Source: an uncultured bacterium (lineage in GTDB: Bacteria > Patescibacteriota > Microgenomatia > UBA1400 > CG1-02-47-37). Taken from it: a DNA stretch of 64,000 nucleotides. Of this stretch, positions 58,500-64,000 are shown piece after piece. The stretch is taken from NCBI GenBank assembly GCA_963980215.1, contig CAXBYZ010000002.1:1726-65725 (forward strand). The letters run 5' to 3'. The position numbers and the translations under genes are program-made. The stretch's first letter is position 1. Every line of letters starts with the position of its first letter. A model generated the notes under the pieces. The model did no database searches. It was not told the origin of the DNA and worked only from the letters and a program-made list of their open reading frames with translations.

Positions 58500-59889
58500 T
58501 TTTTATCAACCTCTTCACTAATTTCTTCTTAATTGTAGATAAATCACTACACCCATCCACTAATTTCTCCACCTTATCAATAAAATCATCATCAATCTTG
58601 ATCTCCTTTTTAGCCGACCATTTTCCTATCAAAATCATCACCCCCAGATAACTAATTACCTTTGAGTCCAAATTCAACCACTGCTCGTTTCTCAAAAACC
58701 TCCACAAACTCTCACCCCTTGATAAAATTCTCTTAAAACTCTCAGACAACTCCGCCCCAAACTTGGTATATCTCTGGGTCTTCTCATACTGAGTAATTAA
58801 ACTCAATAACTCCCGAGATAACTCCCGTCTTAGTGGTGTTTGAGCCTGGCGCCCCACCCTGGTCACCGATAAAAATGGGTTTATGGCCGGCCGAACCCCT
58901 TTAACATACAACTCATTATCAAAATAAACATGACCGTCGGTCATACTCATCAAGTTAGTCGGAATATAACCAGTCAAGTCTCCAGCCTTGGTGTGACAAA
59001 TGGGTAAACAAGAAATACTTCCCTCTTTTTTAGAAAAATTTCCGGCCCTTTCAAGAAGGCTGGAGTGAACATAAAAAATATCACCAGGGTAAGATTCTCG
59101 CCCCGGAAAACTCTGGCCAAGCAAAGCTAGCTCCCGATAAAATTGAGCGTGGGTAGATAAATCGTCCATCACCAAAATAACCCTCTTTCCTCTAGACATA
59201 AAGTACTCAGAAATGGTCATTGCCGCATACGGAGCTTCAAAAATCTCTCCCAAACTATCAGCTGAGCTTGCCGCCACTACCACACATTTTTTTAAGATTT
59301 TAGCTTTCTTTAATCGACTCACCACCGCCATAATTTCCGACTTTCGTTTGCCAATACAAGCATACACCCCGATCGCCCCCCGACTCACTTGAAACTCTAA
59401 AATCTTTAACGCCAAGTCACTCTTACCAGTGGTTCTGTCTCCCACCAACAGCTCCCGCTGGCCCTCACCCATCGGCACCATCAAATCAACCACTGGCACT
59501 CCGGTTTCCAAAGCCTGGCTAATTCTCTCCCTCACTTCAATCCCTGCCGGCTGTACTTTTGTTTCATGACCCTTCATCAAATGAGCTTCATTTTTTGTTC
59601 CCACAATCTTCTCTCCCAATGCATTATAAACTTTTCCTAGTAATTGCTCGTGAGTTCTAAGCTTAAACCTAGATCCTGTTCCGGCTACTTTCGTTCCCAC
59701 CTTGATTGACTCTCGCGAAAAGACCACTGCTTCCGCCCCAGTTTCCTCAATTTCTCTTACCTGACCCCACTGTCCGGACCTAAACTTTAGCACCTCCCCT
59801 ACCACCACTTTTTTTAATCCATTCACCATCACCAACGACTGATTTACCTTAATTACCTCCCCCAAATATCTTTGTTTTGACTCTGTCAT
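58489..59889 (-). CDS. atpA: F1 ATP synthase alpha subunit
   Basis: The P-loop GDRTTGKS with alpha-type length and order. Confidence 0.85.
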
Positions 59890-59920
59890 AATATTATTTA
59901 ATATATCAATATATAAATTA

Positions 59921-60724
59921 CTAGATCGTTAATATAAAGTAAGCTGCCAGCAAACCTACCCCCATCACTACAGCAGTTAAGATTAAATTTAGTCCCATAC
60001 TAAACTGAATCTTGCCCATAGCCCTAGGATTTCTCCCTACCGACTCGACTCCACTCTTGACCACTTTTCCAAAAAATCCAACTCCCACCGCTACTCCAAC
60101 CGCTGTCACCAAGGCCGCCAATGCATGTCTAAAACCCACTCGAGCTGGACCAGCAATAATCCGTATTTGATTTCTAACTCTATCCACCATGGTTCTGGCC
60201 TCAAGCACTACCGGTCGAATATTTAACTCCACTAACACCTTACTGATCTCTTTTAGGTCTTGAGAATCATAATCTTCCAGAGAAATGCCCAACATCTGAC
60301 CAGATCTAGCCGCCTTCTGGCCCACCCCTGGAACTTCAGAACTAGTAATGTAGTCGCCTTTCTTGATCTCTCCTCCTTGATTAGTCACCTGAACATAGAC
60401 TCTCCCTGAAGTAATAATTGGTCTAGTGTTTAACTCAGTCGTGTTAATTAAAGCTACCGCCGGTGAATCATCAATCACTCCATACATATCCTGAGAATAG
60501 CTTTGCTCACACAAAACCTTGCCAAACTGAGTATCGCAAATTATCAAGCCATCAGCCACTTCCACTAAAGCCTCATTTAACTGAACCTCAACCGCAACCC
60601 CCGGCGCCATCGCCTGTGCCGAACGCACAGAAAAAAGGTCCGTTTTTGAAGGTACTCCTTTAAGGCCGAACCTTAATGGAATTAACAAACAAATAAAAGT
60701 GAGTAAGGCAGTCAGTACTTTCAT
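59921..60724 (-). CDS. Signal-peptide protein with a C-terminal two-helix hairpin resembling an F-type ATPase c-subunit
   Basis: The N-terminal signal MKVLTALLTFICLLIPL. The C-terminal ~65 aa read LVTAVGVAVGVGFFGKVVKSGVESVGRNPRAMGKIQFSMGLNLILTAVVMGVGLLAAYF: a Gly-rich helix, an RNP loop and a second helix without Asp/Glu. It lies immediately upstream of atpA. Confidence 0.35.
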   Translation of the reverse strand: MKVLTALLTFICLLIPLRFGLKGVPSKTDLFSVRSAQAMAPGVAVEVQLNEALVEVADGLIICDTQFGKVLCEQSYSQDMYGVIDDSPAVALINTTELNTRPIITSGRVYVQVTNQGGEIKKGDYITSSEVPGVGQKAARSGQMLGISLEDYDSQDLKEISKVLVELNIRPVVLEARTMVDRVRNQIRIIAGPARVGFRHALAALVTAVGVAVGVGFFGKVVKSGVESVGRNPRAMGKIQFSMGLNLILTAVVMGVGLLAAYFILTI

Positions 60725-60869
60725 GCTTAACCAGTATGACTAATAACCTCAAACTATGTCAAGGTACCAATACTTAGACAAACTTGGACATACATACCCA
60801 ATTTTACTCTTGACAAAGCCCCTCAAGCTGTGAGCATAATATATTACTTATTATATATAGTCAGTTAAC

Positions 60870-63800
60870 ATGTCTCTGCCCAACGACTTCAAACTCTCCA
60901 TCCAAGATGCCGCTGACCGCTTGGGTGTCTCCACCAAAACTCTTAGACGCTGGGAAACCAAAGGTTTAATTACCCCTCACCGCACTGTTGGCAATCAACG
61001 CCGCTACTCCCTCACCCAAATAGATACCTTTCAACAACAATCCACTTCCCAAGCAACTACTCCAAACTTGAAGGTAAGTTCTACCGGGTCCCTTAAACCA
61101 GTTCTAGCTGCTTTATTCTTAATTACCCTTCCCTTAGCCTCTCTATTTTTCAAACCCAAATTCATCTCTCCGATTTCTCAATCAAAAACCAACATTCTTG
61201 GTCAATTTAACACTTCTCCTCTTTCTCCCACCCAAAGTCACGTTTTAGGCAACCAAGCCATCAAATCAGACTATGTATTTAACGTCAATGTCCCAGCCAG
61301 TTTTAATGATTTAGTCTCTCTCTACTCAGCTTCTGTCTCCGGCAATCTTACCGTCCAAGGTCAAATCGTCAACCCCAATCTTCTTACCGGTTTAATAGCC
61401 GGCGAAGGTTTAGAAGTCACCGCCGGCCAATCCCCGATTATCTCAAATCTCGACCCCGGCTCCGGTCAATTTATTTTTTCAACTATTAAACTTGGTGATA
61501 ACTCCGTCACTGCCGGCAGTAATACCGATACTTTTGAATTCACGGCCGGAGGCACTACTTCCCTCTCTTTAGACACCACCAACAAAAAGCTAACCATCAC
61601 CGGAGCTACCCCAAACTACACCGAGTCCGGCTGGACCAATGCCTCCGGCAAAGTCACTCTCTCTACTATCACAGACAATATCGGTATTGGTACCTCTAAC
61701 CCAGCCTACAAACTTGAAGTCACCGGCACCGGTTACTTTTCCGATACCTTAACCGCCAACAACGGCCTCATCGTTACTGGAGCTGCCAACATCTCCAACT
61801 CCACCACTATCACCGGTGCTCTTCAAGTAAACAACTCCACTGCCAGTAACACCGACTTTAATATCAACGGCTCTGGTGATCTCACCATCTCCGACTCCGG
61901 CACTCCATTTATTACCTTTAGTGATAACGGCAACATCACCCTAGCCAACGACGCTCTCCTAGATTTATCCAATGTCACTCACGACGACTCCGCCGCCCAA
62001 GGCTTTATCCTCCCTCAAGCCGACTCCCTTGCCTCTCCATCTTCCGGTGAAGGTTACTTGGCTTGGGACTCAGACGACGACTCTCTAAAAGTCTTTAACG
62101 GCTCGGTCTGGGCCGACGTCGCAGGTTCAGGTTCCAGTAAATGGACTGATGGCGGCACCACTACTTATCTCACTGCCAACGACAACATCGGCATCGGCAC
62201 CACCAATGCTACCCAAAAACTTCAAGTGGCCGGCACCATTCAAGCCACCGGCTTCAAACTCACTACTGGCGCTACTACTAACTATGTTCTAACTTCTGAT
62301 GCCGATGGCGTTGGTACTTGGCAAGTTGCTTCCGGTGGTTCCGGCACTATCGACGGTTCCGGCACTTCAAACTATCTTTCCAAGTGGTCAGACTCAGACA
62401 CCCTCACTTCTTCTCTTCTCTTTGACACTGGTACTAATATTGGTTTAGGTACCACCAACCCCACTACCCAACTCTACCTCACTGGAGATCTCACTATTGC
62501 CGGTGGAGACTTAATCATTGGGGCTACTAATATTTTTTCAGGTGGTGACACCACTAGTCTAAATAACCTTGACGGCATCGATGCCACCACCGAATCTACC
62601 TTTGAATCTGCTCTAGATATTGCCGGAGACATCACCGGCACCGGCCTATCTTCCGTCACCATAAACGCCAACACCATAGACGACTCCGAACTTGTCAACG
62701 CTCTTACCTACACAGGATCCTTAACTCTCTCTAACGCTCTCACCCTATCTACCGTCTCCGCAGACACAGACAACACTGTTCTAATTTTAAACTCCTCCGG
62801 GGCCGTCACCAGTGACGAAATCGATCCTCGTGCATGGGGATCAACTTTACTAGACGACACAGATATCGACTCTACAGTTCAAAGCTATAACGCCAACACT
62901 TCCCTCATCGGCCAAACCATAGAAACCGGAGAGATCACCAACGATACTATTTTAGAAATCGACTTTAACTCCACCAACGCTCCCACAGATAACTACGTTC
63001 TGTCCTACGACTCAGCTTCCGGTGGCTTTACTTGGGCAGAAGACGCTGGCGGCGGCGGAGGCTCAAGTTTATTCACCGATGGCGGTACCACTACTTACCT
63101 TACTTCCCTCACCGACGATCTTGGTATTGGCGGTACCGGCCCCGAAGCCTCACTCTTTTTTGATCAATCTGCTTCTGCTTTAACTCTCAACCCCTACAAC
63201 ACCGCTTCTGGTAATACCGGCGAAATTAGACTAACTGAACTAGTAGCCAACGGCTCAAACTACTCCGGCTTTAAGGCTCCCGATTCTCTTGCAGATAACG
63301 TCATCTACACTCTCCCTTCTGCCGATGGTTCTTCTAACCAAGTTCTAGCCACCGATGCTTCCGGCAACCTCTCTTGGATCGATGTTTCTGCTGGTGCCGG
63401 TGGTGGTGTTTGGTCAGACGGTGGTACTTACCTTAAACCAACCAACAACGAATCCATGCGAGTCTATGACTCCGGTGGCACCGACTATATTGATATCTCT
63501 CACGATGGCACCAACGCCAACCTCACTTTTGCTAGCACTTCCTTATACACCATTGACACTTCCGACCTTGCCCTTGAACTCTCCTCAGGCAATCTTGGTC
63601 TTGGGACTACCGCTCCTGGTTACAAGTTAGATGTTAGTGGCACCGCCGGTTTCTCATCAACCATCTATGCTCCTAGTATTGGAGCCGGTACAGACAACTC
63701 CGTCATTGTCTTAAACTCCTCAGGAAACTTAGTTACCGACGAAATCGATCCAAGAGTCTGGGGATCTACTCTAGTTGATGACTCAGATATTGGCTCAACC

Positions 63801-64000
63801 ATCCAAGCCTACAACGCTAGCACTTCCCTTATTGGTCAAACCATCAATGAAGCCGAACTTGATGTTACCAACTCTCCTACGGACAACTTCCTCCTCACTT
63901 TTGACAACGCTTCCAGCGGCTTTACTTGGATTGACCCCACTTCCGTCGGTGCCTTTGATGGTTCCGGCACTTCAAACTATCTTTCCAAGTGGTCAGACTC
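60870..64000 (+). CDS. Giant surface protein (3' truncated by the window edge): MerR-type HTH, one TM helix, then a more than 950-aa repeat region
   Basis: The frame is open from the ATG at 60870 to the window end, so it is absent from the ORF track. The N-terminus reads LSIQDAADRLGVSTKTLRRWETKGLITPHRTVGNQRRYS (MerR/excisionase-type HTH), then a TM segment VLAALFLITLPLASLFF. Repeated NIGIGTTNxxxKLxV-type motifs follow. There are large internal repeats, for example 62349-62390 = 63960-64000. Confidence 0.6.
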   Translation, partial: MSLPNDFKLSIQDAADRLGVSTKTLRRWETKGLITPHRTVGNQRRYSLTQIDTFQQQSTSQATTPNLKVSSTGSLKPVLAALFLITLPLASLFFKPKFISPISQSKTNILGQFNTSPLSPTQSHVLGNQAIKSDYVFNVNVPASFNDLVSLYSASVSGNLTVQGQIVNPNLLTGLIAGEGLEVTAGQSPIISNLDPGSGQFIFSTIKLGDNSVTAGSNTDTFEFTAGGTTSLSLDTTNKKLTITGATPNYTESGWTNASGKVTLSTITDNIGIGTSNPAYKLEVTGTGYFSDTLTANNGLIVTGAANISNSTTITGALQVNNSTASNTDFNINGSGDLTISDSGTPFITFSDNGNITLANDALLDLSNVTHDDSAAQGFILPQADSLASPSSGEGYLAWDSDDDSLKVFNGSVWADVAGSGSSKWTDGGTTTYLTANDNIGIGTTNATQKLQVAGTIQATGFKLTTGATTNYVLTSDADGVGTWQVASGGSGTIDGSGTSNYLSKWSDSDTLTSSLLFDTGTNIGLGTTNPTTQLYLTGDLTIAGGDLIIGATNIFSGGDTTSLNNLDGIDATTESTFESALDIAGDITGTGLSSVTINANTIDDSELVNALTYTGSLTLSNALTLSTVSADTDNTVLILNSSGAVTSDEIDPRAWGSTLLDDTDIDSTVQSYNANTSLIGQTIETGEITNDTILEIDFNSTNAPTDNYVLSYDSASGGFTWAEDAGGGGGSSLFTDGGTTTYLTSLTDDLGIGGTGPEASLFFDQSASALTLNPYNTASGNTGEIRLTELVANGSNYSGFKAPDSLADNVIYTLPSADGSSNQVLATDASGNLSWIDVSAGAGGGVWSDGGTYLKPTNNESMRVYDSGGTDYIDISHDGTNANLTFASTSLYTIDTSDLALELSSGNLGLGTTAPGYKLDVSGTAGFSSTIYAPSIGAGTDNSVIVLNSSGNLVTDEIDPRVWGSTLVDDSDIGSTIQAYNASTSLIGQTINEAELDVTNSPTDNFLLTFDNASSGFTWIDPTSVGAFDGSGTSNYLSKWSD

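Noticed and set aside
60724-60870. atpH/atpF/atpE/atpB upstream of atpA
   Set aside because: The ~145-nt gap plus the divergent giant + strand ORF leave no room. Only the atypical 267-aa protein is present.

Overview
The window reads as a compact, low-GC bacterial genome segment with strong strand asymmetry: the + strand is C/A-rich and G-poor. Most conserved housekeeping genes (argS, leuS, atpA-G-D-C, ndk, M16 peptidase, comEA/comEC) lie on the - strand. Translation looks like the standard code, because long conserved genes are intact with no in-frame TGA. The gene content suggests a reduced-genome, possibly CPR/Patescibacteria-like organism; this is inference only. That content includes: many GT2/GT4 glycosyltransferases and a Wzx/Wzy-like glycan locus; split ComEC plus ComEA; giant repetitive surface proteins; a reduced F1-only ATP synthase operon; several AbiEi/AbiEii and VapBC toxin-antitoxin pairs; and three DUF4143 AAA ATPases. 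Two tRNAs are present: Arg-CCT and Pro-CGG. The most striking feature is a REP-associated tyrosine transposase (RAYT, IS200-like HUH Y1) flanked on both sides by a perfect 25-bp palindromic REP. Further REP copies, and several other families of short GGTTCSGAACC-type hairpin elements, are scattered through the window. Many are inserted in frame inside coding genes, including essential ones (tsaD, leuS, argS, atpD), which is reminiscent of Rickettsia palindromic elements. Other notable items: a TsaC-TsaE fusion; a giant MerR-HTH/TM/repeat surface protein that runs off the window end; an atpA-upstream protein with a c-subunit-like hairpin lacking the carboxylate; a G8 homopolymer at the junction of split ORFs of a surface metalloprotease candidate; and a block of ORFans (11.1-18.3 kb) next to a truncated ATPase gene. 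The provided ORF track misses two edge-truncated ORFs, at 2..1117 and 60870..64000.
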